Below, piece by piece: positions 7,081-16,243 of a stretch of 20,000 bases of DNA. The position numbers were made by a program, and so were the translations under genes. Each line of letters opens with the position of its first letter. Positions within the stretch are counted from its first letter, which is position 1. This DNA comes from an uncultured virus (IMG/VR IMGVR_UViG_3300027996_000020). Its lineage: Duplodnaviria; Heunggongvirae; Uroviricota; Caudoviricetes. The notes below the pieces were generated by a model. That model made no database searches, had not been told where the DNA came from, and saw only the letters and a program-made list of their open reading frames with translations. The stretch lies in the IMG/VR virus record IMGVR_UViG_3300027996_000020; one strand, 5' to 3'.

Positions 7081-8087
7081 GGGCTTGCTGAAGAATTATT
7101 TACTCCCAAGTCTGCTGTGTGATTTGTTATGTAATTGTACTCCTTAACGTCGTAACCGATCTCGATTAGCGAACCTTCAATCGGAATAACATTGAAATAG
7201 ATTTTGTTATCTAGTTTGTTATAATACCAATGGCTGAATGGTATGCCATCCTCGAAAACTACGATAGTTCCCTCGTAAGGGAGGTGCGTTAGCATATAAT
7301 CCTCATAGGGTTCTATTTGATTTGTCGCCTCTTCAACTGCCGTTCCCCAATCCTCTTCGCAAATATCGATAATGTTTCCTGCGAAATAATCTGTCGCTTC
7401 CATATATCTTGCCCCTATCATATTTCCATAAGGTGCCCAAGTACAAATCGAATCTGCCGTCTCTACGTTTACAATGGATGCCATATACGATCCTTTGCGA
7501 AGGTTCTCATACCACACAATAAAATCGTTCACTGTCATTGTAGACTGCTCTTCTTCGTCAGAGACAAATAAAACCAACAGAGAAGCGTCGTGTCGCAGCC
7601 ACGTTTGGGCGTAAGCATCATTTTGGATGTATTCTTTAACAGCATCAAAGCCTCTTTCGTAACCATCACTCGGCAGGGCGTTTAACATATCTACTGCATC
7701 TTGGATGGTGTCCCCTCTCGTTAGAGGGAAAGTTGTTGTTTGGGTTATATATCCACCAGCCGTGATCATCTTTAATCGCCAGTTTACATCTATCGGAAGA
7801 TTATTCATCATAGCTTCTACGCCATCGAGAAGGCTAGCAGTGTGAGCGTTCATCGAACAAGACTTGTCGATAACCCATAAAATATCTATTTCGTCAAACG
7901 CTCCGACTTGCGTGAAGGAGTCAATCCATATCTCGGCGTCTGGCTCAACCTCAACCTCAACGTACTCTATGATCGTTTCTGGTTCGTCACTATCTCCATA
8001 TCCGTGGACAACATAATCAATATTCGTTGAGCAGGAAGTCATCAATAAGGCGCCGCATACGGCGATAATATATTTAAAAGCCTGCAT
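7077..8087 (-). CDS. vWA-domain lipoprotein
   Basis: Signal peptide ending LLMTSC; MIDAS DxSxS in DILWVIDKSCSM; FVSDEEEQS. Confidence 0.8.
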   Translation of the reverse strand: MQAFKYIIAVCGALLMTSCSTNIDYVVHGYGDSDEPETIIEYVEVEVEPDAEIWIDSFTQVGAFDEIDILWVIDKSCSMNAHTASLLDGVEAMMNNLPIDVNWRLKMITAGGYITQTTTFPLTRGDTIQDAVDMLNALPSDGYERGFDAVKEYIQNDAYAQTWLRHDASLLVLFVSDEEEQSTMTVNDFIVWYENLRKGSYMASIVNVETADSICTWAPYGNMIGARYMEATDYFAGNIIDICEEDWGTAVEEATNQIEPYEDYMLTHLPYEGTIVVFEDGIPFSHWYYNKLDNKIYFNVIPIEGSLIEIGYDVKEYNYITNHTADLGVNNSSASP

Positions 8088-8883
8088 TTGTTGTTACTCC
8101 TAATCTATCTAGATTCTGTCTCAAATAGACAGTATCAATTAGGTTGGCTGGTGCGACATACACAATTGAGCCAATTTTTTCTGGATAGCCGAATAAACTT
8201 CGACCCACCATAATAGCTACTACCACACCGACAAAATGGCCTTTCTTGTCAAAGACACCAGAACCCGAAGAGCCGCCCCAGGCAAATGACTGAATAGCCA
8301 AATCAGTACCAAATCCATCGCCAACTATTTCACCATTGAGAGTGAGCAAATTATTTGAACCTGGAAAACCTGAGTACACCACGGGATCCCCCACCACATA
8401 TTTGGGCGTTCTCACAAATTTGGCCGGCTTGCGACTTTCCAGTGGGGCAATTCTAAAGATTGCCACATCGGTATAAGGATCGAAATAAGCTAGAGTCCCA
8501 ACCACTTTTTCGTTGGGTGCGGTTATGAGCGCTTCGGATTCTAAAACAGTTGGCAGCCCTTCTGCGAAGAGGTGCCCAGCAGTGATCACAATATGATGAC
8601 CCTTATAAACAAAATAAGTACCGGTTCCCCGATACCTTCCTCTTTCTGTTTGAACCACCACTTTCACGGCGGACTCTCTTGACACCTTGTTAGTGTGTCC
8701 CGTTACTTTTTCTTTCACACCATATTCTAAATAACAACACTCCTGTCCCTCTTGTGCGTCTTTGACTCTCTGGCTAAGATCACCTAGAGAAGGTCCGATT
8801 TTTGTACAACCAGGAGTGGTTGCGATTAATATAAAGCATGTTAAAGCAAATAAAGTTCTTAATACCTTCCTTATAATTTTCAT
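8074..8883 (-). CDS. Trypsin-like serine protease, exported/possibly lipidated
   Basis: TAGH (His), DVAI (Asp), GGSSGSGVF (Ser); N-terminal hydrophobic segment followed by PGC. Confidence 0.85.
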   Translation of the reverse strand: MKIIRKVLRTLFALTCFILIATTPGCTKIGPSLGDLSQRVKDAQEGQECCYLEYGVKEKVTGHTNKVSRESAVKVVVQTERGRYRGTGTYFVYKGHHIVITAGHLFAEGLPTVLESEALITAPNEKVVGTLAYFDPYTDVAIFRIAPLESRKPAKFVRTPKYVVGDPVVYSGFPGSNNLLTLNGEIVGDGFGTDLAIQSFAWGGSSGSGVFDKKGHFVGVVVAIMVGRSLFGYPEKIGSIVYVAPANLIDTVYLRQNLDRLGVTTNAGF

Positions 8884-8991
8884 TGATTTAGTTCCTTATG
8901 ACTATCACCTCTACTAGTAACTATCAAAGGAATGCCTAAAAGAAGAACTATTTTATAATTTATAAGTTATTGGTTTCCTAAATAAAAAGAT

Positions 8992-9153
8992 TTATAAATC
9001 TGTATCTGGTTTTTCTTCGGGCCATTCTGTTTCTGGTAAACCCTCAAGATCTTCTTCAGTTAAGATCTCTTCTCTCAAGATAAGAGTAGGCTCCTCTACT
9101 TTCTTTTTTTTGAGGCACCCTCCGAGCAATAAAACTATCACCACCCATTTCAT
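8992..9153 (-). CDS. Small lipoprotein (53 aa, not in ORF track)
   Basis: MKWVVIVLLLGGC-LKKKKVEEPTLILREEILTEEDLEGLPETEWPEEKPDTDL*; lipobox LGGC; ATGA overlap with the NUDIX stop. Confidence 0.7.
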   Translation of the reverse strand: MKWVVIVLLLGGCLKKKKVEEPTLILREEILTEEDLEGLPETEWPEEKPDTDL

Positions 9154-9563
9154 TTGAATGCACTCCTTATGACAGCTAAATAAACTTTCCCTATATTTAG
9201 GTCCGCGAGTGTATTTGGGTCAACCCACAGAAAGTCATCGTGTTCTGGTAGCTCTTTGGAACTGAATAATTCACCACCCCAATCTTCTGTCCTGAAATAT
9301 TTATTTTTTCCTTTATCTGAAATCATTTTCATCTTTCTGATATCGAGGTTTGTTTCTTCTTTAGCCTCTCTCCTCGCACCTTCCTCCCAAGTCTCTCCCT
9401 CTTTAAGATGTCCTCCGGGGAGATCCCACCTCATAGGAAAGGGCTGGTCTTTTCTTCTGAGCAACAATAAGATTTCACCTTTGTCATTCACGATCACTAC
9501 CTTCGCGATCTTTCTAGTATCTCGGCGTGATTGTTGAGGCGAGGTTACTTTCACTTTAATCAC
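9150..9563 (-). CDS. NUDIX hydrolase
   Basis: Nudix box GGHLKEGETWEEGARREAKEETNL. Confidence 0.9.
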   Translation of the reverse strand: MIKVKVTSPQQSRRDTRKIAKVVIVNDKGEILLLLRRKDQPFPMRWDLPGGHLKEGETWEEGARREAKEETNLDIRKMKMISDKGKNKYFRTEDWGGELFSSKELPEHDDFLWVDPNTLADLNIGKVYLAVIRSAFK

Positions 9564-9916
9564 CCAATTTGTTCCGGAGATGAGACAACCCTAATTACTT
9601 TGCAACCAGGGATTTCATTACTCCTCAGAGAAGGAAGCAAGAAGTCTTTTATATAAGTTCCAGGGGAAGTTGAATCTCTGTGGGGATGAAACTTTATCCG
9701 AATATGACTCATATAAGAGGCGCTGTTTTTTCGGAATAACGAATCCAGAGCAGTTACTACGGTCACGCCGGAAATAGAACGAATATCCTGCAACGTCTCC
9801 TCCACTCCAAACTCAGAGTCAATTCTTAACAGAAGCTCTACCTGGAATATTCTTAACTTATATTTTTCCTCGCGGAGAAGCTCTAATTGTTCATCTATAA
9901 TCTGATCTAGGTTCAT
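9560..9916 (-). CDS. Hypothetical protein
   Basis: ATGA-coupled ORF; Glu-rich N-terminus ending LLREE. Confidence 0.75.
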   Translation of the reverse strand: MNLDQIIDEQLELLREEKYKLRIFQVELLLRIDSEFGVEETLQDIRSISGVTVVTALDSLFRKNSASYMSHIRIKFHPHRDSTSPGTYIKDFLLPSLRSNEIPGCKVIRVVSSPEQIG

Positions 9917-10260
9917 TTTTCATCACCCCAAAATTTCCACCACGGCTTCTTTTCGGACTCAGCATCTTTGTAGGCACTGCGTGCTGTTTGTGCGTCATCT
10001 ATGAAGTTTTGAAGTTCCCCATTGTCTAAATCTAAGCCTAACTCTTCGGCCTTCTCAGCGAATCTAGCTAAATCGGCGTGTCTTTCAGTGACATCATATC
10101 TGGTGCTGTTAAAATATTCGGCGCCCCATTCAACCAAATCATCGGCCGCCTTCATCTTTTCTGCCGTGGTTTGGTGGACTTTGTATTTAGGGTGAGAAGA
10201 GAGGTCAACAACGTCGCCTTCGTTAAGATATTTCTGCCAATTTTCAATTAAAAGTTTCAT
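9913..10260 (-). CDS. Hypothetical protein, possible virion-internal protein
   Basis: N-terminus MKLLIENWQKYLNE; C-terminus KKPWWKFW; preceded by AACTAATTA and an RBS. Confidence 0.75.
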   Translation of the reverse strand: MKLLIENWQKYLNEGDVVDLSSHPKYKVHQTTAEKMKAADDLVEWGAEYFNSTRYDVTERHADLARFAEKAEELGLDLDNGELQNFIDDAQTARSAYKDAESEKKPWWKFWGDEK

Positions 10261-10278
10261 TTATGTCCTTCCAACTTA

Positions 10279-10287
10279 TAATTAGTT
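10279..10287 (-). promoter_or_regulatory. Candidate late promoter motif AACTAATTA
   Basis: Intergenic, 18 nt before ATG 10260. Confidence 0.45.
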
Positions 10288-10291
10288 CATC

Positions 10292-10639
10292 TTATTTCCA
10301 AAATACCTGGATCCCTACGATCGCAAAAGATAAAATAATACACACCAGTGTTTTGGGAGCGAACATATTCTCACCAAAATAATGATAAGTCAGAATAGGA
10401 AAGACCAAGTAAGAAAGCCCGAAGCCCAACAATCGGGGCCCCCAGACTTCCCCCATTTCTTGAACGGCGAACCTCATTCCGTATAGAAATAGATAACCAG
10501 TTGGAATGGAAAATATTAAAGGAAGTAAGTGTACATTGTTTTTACACCAGCCCCATATAAATTGAGCGTAGGTACCATACCACGCAAAAACGTGCCCAGA
10601 CAGAATAAGCAGGCACGCTAAATATAATTTGGGCGTCAT
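10292..10639 (-). CDS. Small multi-pass membrane protein (about 4 TM; SMR/DMT-like size)
   Basis: Four hydrophobic segments; ...YFGE...KT...IILS pattern reminiscent of EamA/DMT. Confidence 0.7.
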   Translation of the reverse strand: MTPKLYLACLLILSGHVFAWYGTYAQFIWGWCKNNVHLLPLIFSIPTGYLFLYGMRFAVQEMGEVWGPRLLGFGLSYLVFPILTYHYFGENMFAPKTLVCIILSFAIVGIQVFWK

Positions 10640-11037
10640 TCATTCTCCATTTTGACAGACCACGCTGCATATCGTTTTAAAGAATTGCGGTAATTCAAAA
10701 TCCAGCCTGCTCCCAATTCAATATCTAATTTTTTTGCTAACTTCCTGGCCTCTTCCCACGCCATGACTTCTTCCTTTAATGTTTCTATTCTTTCATGCTC
10801 AACATCTGGAAATACTTCATTGAAATCTTTTCTGTCTCTCAAAATTACATGACCTGTTTCATGTAACAAAACAAAAAGCTGGTGTTTTTCATCTTTGGAG
10901 TTATTAATTGTTACTGTTCTATCCTCAACCCAGTATTCATCCAGACCAAGTATATCGAAATCCACAACAACATTATAATAGTCCAGTAAGTAAGCCTCTA
11001 TACAAGAGAGGTCTTGTTCTATTTTTTCTGTTGTCAT
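10636..11037 (-). CDS. HExxH zinc metallopeptidase-like protein (ImmA/IrrE-like)
   Basis: LLHETGH plus downstream EEVMAW. Confidence 0.7.
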   Translation of the reverse strand: MTTEKIEQDLSCIEAYLLDYYNVVVDFDILGLDEYWVEDRTVTINNSKDEKHQLFVLLHETGHVILRDRKDFNEVFPDVEHERIETLKEEVMAWEEARKLAKKLDIELGAGWILNYRNSLKRYAAWSVKMENE

Positions 11038-11471
11038 TTCTTTTTTCTCGGGCGCCCCCTGTTTGAGTGTATTTTTCGTTGCTTAGTGGTCCTGCCGCGT
11101 CCCCAGAAATACTTACTGTTTCTCTGGTCAGTGATTAAAGAAACAGTAATCATCTCTTCCATAAAAATAAAATGCCTGCATTCCAAATTTCCATATTTAA
11201 ACTTTTTGGATCTCTTGGTGGGGGGTTTGTTAAGGTGCTTTAAACATCCCTCTACAATCTGTTGCTCTGATAGACCTTGAGAAATATATTTCTTAAGAGG
11301 CTTGTCGGTAATAATATAAGCAGCAACCGTCCACTTGTCATAGCCAAAACCTTTTACATTGAGGATTCCCCCTTCATACCTACCACACTTCGTTCTCGTA
11401 TCTTTTTCCCTGATAAGACCCGGCTCAAGTTCTTTAAGTTCTTTAAATTTACATACAATTTCCATAATCAT
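11034..11471 (-). CDS. Basic hypothetical protein
   Basis: ATGA-coupled ORF, K/R-rich C-terminus. Confidence 0.75.
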   Translation of the reverse strand: MIMEIVCKFKELKELEPGLIREKDTRTKCGRYEGGILNVKGFGYDKWTVAAYIITDKPLKKYISQGLSEQQIVEGCLKHLNKPPTKRSKKFKYGNLECRHFIFMEEMITVSLITDQRNSKYFWGRGRTTKQRKIHSNRGRPRKKK

Positions 11472-11758
11472 CCTTTTAATAATTGTCGGTGGGATTGTAA
11501 TTTTTTCTGAATTTCTTCGACCGGCCCAATTAGAATAATATCTTGGCCATGGGTTCCTTTATTGATTGACATACAAGTAAAGGTTTGTCTAGAATCTAAT
11601 TCATCTGGGAGATGTCCCTCACTTAAAAGCCTTGATGCATCCAAATCTTCCCTTAAACAAACTACATGGTTTGGATTAATATATACTGTTCTCAAAGAAT
11701 AATTCTTTGAAGAGCTTCCAAGGCCCTGGCCAAAAACTTCTATAAATTTTATGTTCAT
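11468..11758 (-). CDS. Hypothetical protein, possibly FlbD-like fold
   Basis: VYINPNHV...VEEIQKKL pattern; family assignment tentative. Confidence 0.6.
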   Translation of the reverse strand: MNIKFIEVFGQGLGSSSKNYSLRTVYINPNHVVCLREDLDASRLLSEGHLPDELDSRQTFTCMSINKGTHGQDIILIGPVEEIQKKLQSHRQLLKG

Positions 11759-12003
11759 TCTTCTTCCTCTATTTCATAAATATTTTCTTTTTTAACGGTC
11801 CAAAGTTCTCCCTTGTAAAAAACTTGAGCCCAATTGCTATCAATTTTACTTTCGTTAACAAACATCAGGTGCTGTGGTTTTTCCATCAACTTGCACGCCT
11901 CAAAGTCTGTCAAATCTTTTTTTTGGTCTATATCAATGCGAAATAACAACACATTTGAGGGAACATAAACGTACTCCCCCTGTTTAAAATTCTTCATCAT
12001 CAT
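11755..12003 (-). CDS. FKxG-type hypothetical protein (SH3-like)
   Basis: NFKQGEYV...WAQVFYKGELWTV. Confidence 0.65.
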   Translation of the reverse strand: MMMKNFKQGEYVYVPSNVLLFRIDIDQKKDLTDFEACKLMEKPQHLMFVNESKIDSNWAQVFYKGELWTVKKENIYEIEEEE

Positions 12004-12298
12004 CTTGTTTCTCCTTTGTTTGGAGCGCCTGTTCTTGATCTGGCATCGATGTTAATTTAGTTTTGATATCAACATACCCCGCTAAAATTTGAGCGCATTC
12101 CGATAATCTAATATCACTTGTCTTCAACTTTTCACGAATATCATTTAAATTTTCAATAGTTTCAAGCGGGCTTGTCCCACAGACACCCCCAAACTTTCCG
12201 CACATTTGCCTAAAAAGAGTCTCACACTCTTCAAGCAACTTATCAACCTCCTGGGGAACTTCGTGTAGTTCCACAGAGTAGCTTATATTAACACGCAT
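11984..12298 (-). CDS. Hypothetical protein
   Basis: GGAG RBS; downstream of a perfect sigma70 promoter. Confidence 0.75.
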   Translation of the reverse strand: MRVNISYSVELHEVPQEVDKLLEECETLFRQMCGKFGGVCGTSPLETIENLNDIREKLKTSDIRLSECAQILAGYVDIKTKLTSMPDQEQALQTKEKQDDDEEF

Positions 12299-12319
12299 TT
12301 ATACTCCACGCTACTTATA

Positions 12320-12348
12320 ATTATAACACATTATGAAATAATTGTCAA
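12320..12348 (-). promoter_or_regulatory. Sigma70 promoter
   Basis: TTGACA(12348-12343), 17 bp, TATAAT(12325-12320). Confidence 0.8.
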
Positions 12349-12352
12349 TCTT

Positions 12353-12631
12353 TTATTTAAAGAAAGTGTGCCAGATTGTTGCACTAGCCAGACCGATAAT
12401 GCTCGTCATAATGACCCAAGTAATCTTTGAGGAGGTTTCTTTCCATTGTTCAAGATTCCTGAGTCGGGCGTACAATCCCTCGTCTGGGTTGTAGACTGCT
12501 TCCTTAATCTTTCCAATGTCATCTGACATTCGGTCCTGACATGTTCGGACGCCTTCCAGTCCGTCGACAATTCTTGACAGTTTCCCGTCCAATTCAATGA
12601 TATCCACTTTACTAACTTCATCTTCCGCCAT
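12353..12631 (-). CDS. Coiled-coil protein with C-terminal TM helix (XhlA/holin-like architecture)
   Basis: Heptad N-terminus, hydrophobic ITWVIMTSIIGLASATIW; GGAGG RBS; AACTATTTA upstream. Confidence 0.65.
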   Translation of the reverse strand: MAEDEVSKVDIIELDGKLSRIVDGLEGVRTCQDRMSDDIGKIKEAVYNPDEGLYARLRNLEQWKETSSKITWVIMTSIIGLASATIWHTFFK

Positions 12632-12668
12632 GCCATATAACCCTCCCAGAGCCGCTGTCCAACATTAT

Positions 12669-12677
12669 TAAATAGTT
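12669..12677 (-). promoter_or_regulatory. Candidate late promoter motif AACTATTTA
   Basis: Intergenic, just after the groEL stop. Confidence 0.45.
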
Positions 12678-12678
12678 T

Positions 12679-14247
12679 TTAGCTTTGGATTATGGCACAG
12701 TTTGTTGTAATTAAAGTGCCCGCAACTGAGGCTGCATTTTGGAGCGCAGTGCGCGTAACTCTTACAGGATCTATGACACCAGCTTCTAGCAAATCAACAA
12801 GACTATCAGATATAAAATTATAACCATAATTGTCTTTTTCTTTTAGAACCAATTCACAAATAATGTCTGGAGATTTTCCCGCATTCAGAGCCATCTGCCT
12901 GAGCGGAGCCTTAACCGACTCTTTAATAATTTCAACCCCAAGCGATTGATCTTCATTGTCAACCTCAACTTTTAAAGTTGTGGTAGCCCTAATCAAAGCT
13001 GTCCCTCCCCCGACAACGATACCTTCCATTTGGGCAGAGCGCACGGCCTCAAGTGCGTCTTCAACTCTATGTTTCTTTTCAATCATTTCGATTTCGGTTG
13101 CGGCGCCGATGCGGATGATAGCAATCCCGCTGGATAATCTGGCAATCCTATCTTGGATTTTTTCACACTCATGAAGATTATCTTCCTCTAATAAGTCTTC
13201 TTTTAAGCTTTCAACCTGCTTGTCAATTAAGTCAGGATCTCCTTCACCACCTACGATTGTCGTTTGGTTACGAGTTATATCAATCCGACTGGCTGTTCCG
13301 AAGTCAACTAGTTTAACGTCCTGTAATTTCCTGCCGTTAGATTGACTAATAAATTCAGCGCCCATTGAAAGAGCCAGATCCTTTAGTGTATTTTTCCTCT
13401 CCTCTCCGTAACGCGGAGCTTTAATCGCTGCGACTTTTAACGTACCCTTGATGGTATTCATAATCATGGCCGCCAGTGCCTGACCCTCGATCTCGCTGGC
13501 AATAAAAATCATTGGCCTAGCTTCTCTGGAACACAATTCCAGCATTCCCATAATTTGCTGGATATGTTCAATCTTTTCGTCAGTCACGAGGATTAGGGGG
13601 TCGTCATAGGTTGCGGCTCTTCGCCTCTCATCGGTTATAAAAGCCGTTGCAGCATAGCCGGCGTCCATCCTAAAGCCCTCCACAAGGTCTAAGCTGGTTT
13701 GATGCGAGCGTGCTTCCTCAACTGTAATTGCACCGTCCTTGCCGGCAGCGCTCACGGCACGAGCAACCAAATTTCCGATATGTTTATCATTATTCGCAGA
13801 AATGGTTGCAATATGAGCAATATCTTCCTCGCATGTAATTGGTTGAGCCATCTCTTTTAAATTTTTAACAATGACTTCAACCGCTTTTTCGATCCCCCGC
13901 TGCAATTCAATGGGAGGAACTCCCGCAGAAATATACTTTTGAGCTTTATTGAGAATAGCTCGCGATAAAACTGTAGCTGTTGTTGTGCCATCACCAGCAT
14001 CTAAGTTTGTTTGTGCTGCTGCTTGTTTAATAATCTGGGCGCCGGCATTCTCGATTGGATCTTCTAAATCCACAAAGTTTGCAACCGTTACACCATCTTT
14101 AGTGATGATAGGGCGTTTGCCCTTCTCTTGCAGAATAACATTTCTTCCCCTCGGTCCAAGGGTGGAAGCTACATTATCTGCTAAAACATTAATCCCTTTC
14201 ATAATCTTTTGGCTCATCTCGGAGCCAGAACCATAATGTTTAGTCAA
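12679..14247 (-). CDS. groEL: Group I chaperonin GroEL (phage-encoded)
   Basis: TLGPRGRNV, ITKDGVTVA, AGDGTTTATVL, KAPRYGE, GGGTAL, GVIDP; no GGM tail; TTG start with GAGG RBS. Confidence 0.95.
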   Translation of the reverse strand: MTKHYGSGSEMSQKIMKGINVLADNVASTLGPRGRNVILQEKGKRPIITKDGVTVANFVDLEDPIENAGAQIIKQAAAQTNLDAGDGTTTATVLSRAILNKAQKYISAGVPPIELQRGIEKAVEVIVKNLKEMAQPITCEEDIAHIATISANNDKHIGNLVARAVSAAGKDGAITVEEARSHQTSLDLVEGFRMDAGYAATAFITDERRRAATYDDPLILVTDEKIEHIQQIMGMLELCSREARPMIFIASEIEGQALAAMIMNTIKGTLKVAAIKAPRYGEERKNTLKDLALSMGAEFISQSNGRKLQDVKLVDFGTASRIDITRNQTTIVGGEGDPDLIDKQVESLKEDLLEEDNLHECEKIQDRIARLSSGIAIIRIGAATEIEMIEKKHRVEDALEAVRSAQMEGIVVGGGTALIRATTTLKVEVDNEDQSLGVEIIKESVKAPLRQMALNAGKSPDIICELVLKEKDNYGYNFISDSLVDLLEAGVIDPVRVTRTALQNAASVAGTLITTNCAIIQS

Positions 14248-14250
14248 TTA

Positions 14251-15648
14251 TTACCTCTCTTCTGTTTCTTTTTTAACAACGTTGTCCACATTTTCACGAA
14301 GTTTAAATGCATCTTCTCTTGCGGCAAGTGCACGTTTTTTTCGAGTTGTGTCCTTTTCATCGACACCCAAGAAATAACGATTTATATTTTCACTAAACGA
14401 ATGAAGCGTAGAATAAATGGGTATCAATTCTCCTGCCAACTTATCTAGATACTTTTCCGTGATACCCAATAGATTATTTTCTGATAAGTCTAGCTGCCCC
14501 ACATTCTCAGACACAGACTTAGCATAAGCTGGAGAAATATGAAACTGTTGGGACTTAGTATATCCAGGAGTTGTTCTTAAAAGATTAATAAACTCCTCAA
14601 ATGAACCATTCTGGGCGTCCTTAACTTGTTGGTATACCTCCGGTGAGCCATAAAGGTGATTGACACTGGCGGAATATCTTTTAATTTGACTTATATCTTC
14701 CTCTCCGCGATAAATAACAGTGAAAGGGGCGCGGGAGTCTTTAAAGGATTTAATACTTCGACTGACGTTCTTCCCATCTTTATCACTAATCTTCACAATA
14801 CCGGCCTTGCCCTTACCCTTCGAAGATCCTACATCACTAAAGAAGTTTATCATCTCATCGCTAGAAAGGCCGTCAACTTCTTTCTCCTCTTTCACGTCAT
14901 GATACTCAGCCCAACCGATATAATCTGTAAAGTTGTGTTGTGTAATGGTAAATTCATAAAAATCCAGAACATCATTGCCCACCTTGCGTACAACTAAGTA
15001 AGTTATCTCCGGCGGAGAAACGGTGGCAAAGTGCTCTACAATATTTTTATAAGAGCCATCGATAGTTGTTCCCGGCGACAATAATTTCAAACTATAATGG
15101 ACGCCGTTAAGAACAACATCGGTAATAGGTTTTCCAGCTTGGCCAGCGGCCTCATCGCCGGTAACATCTACAATTTGAATACTCTGACCGCCAAATATAC
15201 CAGCTAAAAAGCCCTCGAATAGAAACCCACCAACCGCTTCAGTATACTCAATAATAATACTCCTGAGAGTTTCCAATATTACCATTGCGGAGATGATTTT
15301 GGGGATATCCGCCTTGGTATCATACCTAATTATTTCATTAAGGTTTGCTAATTTTTCTTCTACCGTTGAGCCTCCCAAATTCTTGGTGAATTGCTCAATA
15401 ATATCCCTATCTTTGTTGTCAACCTTTCCCCATAATTCTGTAATTTTAAATATGGGTAGCCTCACTCCGTTTTTTAATTCGGGGGGAACTTCCGACTCGG
15501 CAGCATCATAACTGACAGCCAATGTATCTTCGAAGAGGGGGCTCAAGTTTTCCATGGTTTTTTCCACCATTTCGATAAGAGATTGAAAGGTAAGACCCCC
15601 CTTTTTCTTTTTATAATGTTTTTCAATTAAAGTTTCTAACTTTTTCAT
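14251..15648 (-). CDS. Putative PD-(D/E)xK nuclease-fold protein
   Basis: GFLFEGFLAG helix followed by ITDVV...YSLKLL, a restriction-endonuclease-like core with Ser at the D/E position; tentative. Confidence 0.5.
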   Translation of the reverse strand: MKKLETLIEKHYKKKKGGLTFQSLIEMVEKTMENLSPLFEDTLAVSYDAAESEVPPELKNGVRLPIFKITELWGKVDNKDRDIIEQFTKNLGGSTVEEKLANLNEIIRYDTKADIPKIISAMVILETLRSIIIEYTEAVGGFLFEGFLAGIFGGQSIQIVDVTGDEAAGQAGKPITDVVLNGVHYSLKLLSPGTTIDGSYKNIVEHFATVSPPEITYLVVRKVGNDVLDFYEFTITQHNFTDYIGWAEYHDVKEEKEVDGLSSDEMINFFSDVGSSKGKGKAGIVKISDKDGKNVSRSIKSFKDSRAPFTVIYRGEEDISQIKRYSASVNHLYGSPEVYQQVKDAQNGSFEEFINLLRTTPGYTKSQQFHISPAYAKSVSENVGQLDLSENNLLGITEKYLDKLAGELIPIYSTLHSFSENINRYFLGVDEKDTTRKKRALAAREDAFKLRENVDNVVKKETEER

Positions 15649-15653
15649 ACTAA

Positions 15654-15662
15654 TAATTAGTC
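15654..15662 (-). promoter_or_regulatory. Candidate late promoter motif GACTAATTA
   Basis: Only 5 nt before ATG 15648, with no SD between. Confidence 0.45.
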
Positions 15663-15679
15663 CTCAATATTTTGTTATT

Positions 15680-16243
15680 CTATACAATAATATCTGCTAT
15701 ACCATATTCAACTGCTTTTTCTGCCGACAGATAAATATTTACATTTTTTGCAAACAACGCTCTTATTTTTTTCTTTGTAAGTTTTGTTTCTGAGCATAGG
15801 GCCTGAACATACATATTTTGTATGTGTTGAATCTCACTCATTTCATTTTCTAATTCGTGAAAGGGTCCCGCATTGGCCCCTACGACTGTGTGAATCATCA
15901 CCCTGCAATGCTTCCCTATTTTCCTCTTTCCTTTCGTTCCGGCTGCGAGAAGTAAAATACCAGCCGACATTACCTTTCCAAGTCCGTAGGTCACAATGTC
16001 CAGTTCTTTCCGCGTCTCCCGCATAAAATCATAAATGGCAAACATATCAGCGGCGGATCCGCCACTAGTTGAAATATAGAAATCTATATCTTCTTTGGAG
16101 TCTGCGGTATATAACTTGAGAGCATAAATTATATCTTCTGATTTCTTTTCATTAATATCACTGAATACCCCAATGGCTCGTGGTTCAGGAGGTTTCTGAT
16201 CCTCACTTGGTACTTTTTCTTCCTCTTTGTTTTTTTCTGACAT
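15680..16243 (-). CDS. clpP: ClpP-family protease
   Basis: YISTSGG, AIYD, MSAG (Ser), MIH (His), YLSAEKAVEYGIAD. Confidence 0.88.
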   Translation of the reverse strand: MSEKNKEEEKVPSEDQKPPEPRAIGVFSDINEKKSEDIIYALKLYTADSKEDIDFYISTSGGSAADMFAIYDFMRETRKELDIVTYGLGKVMSAGILLLAAGTKGKRKIGKHCRVMIHTVVGANAGPFHELENEMSEIQHIQNMYVQALCSETKLTKKKIRALFAKNVNIYLSAEKAVEYGIADIIV

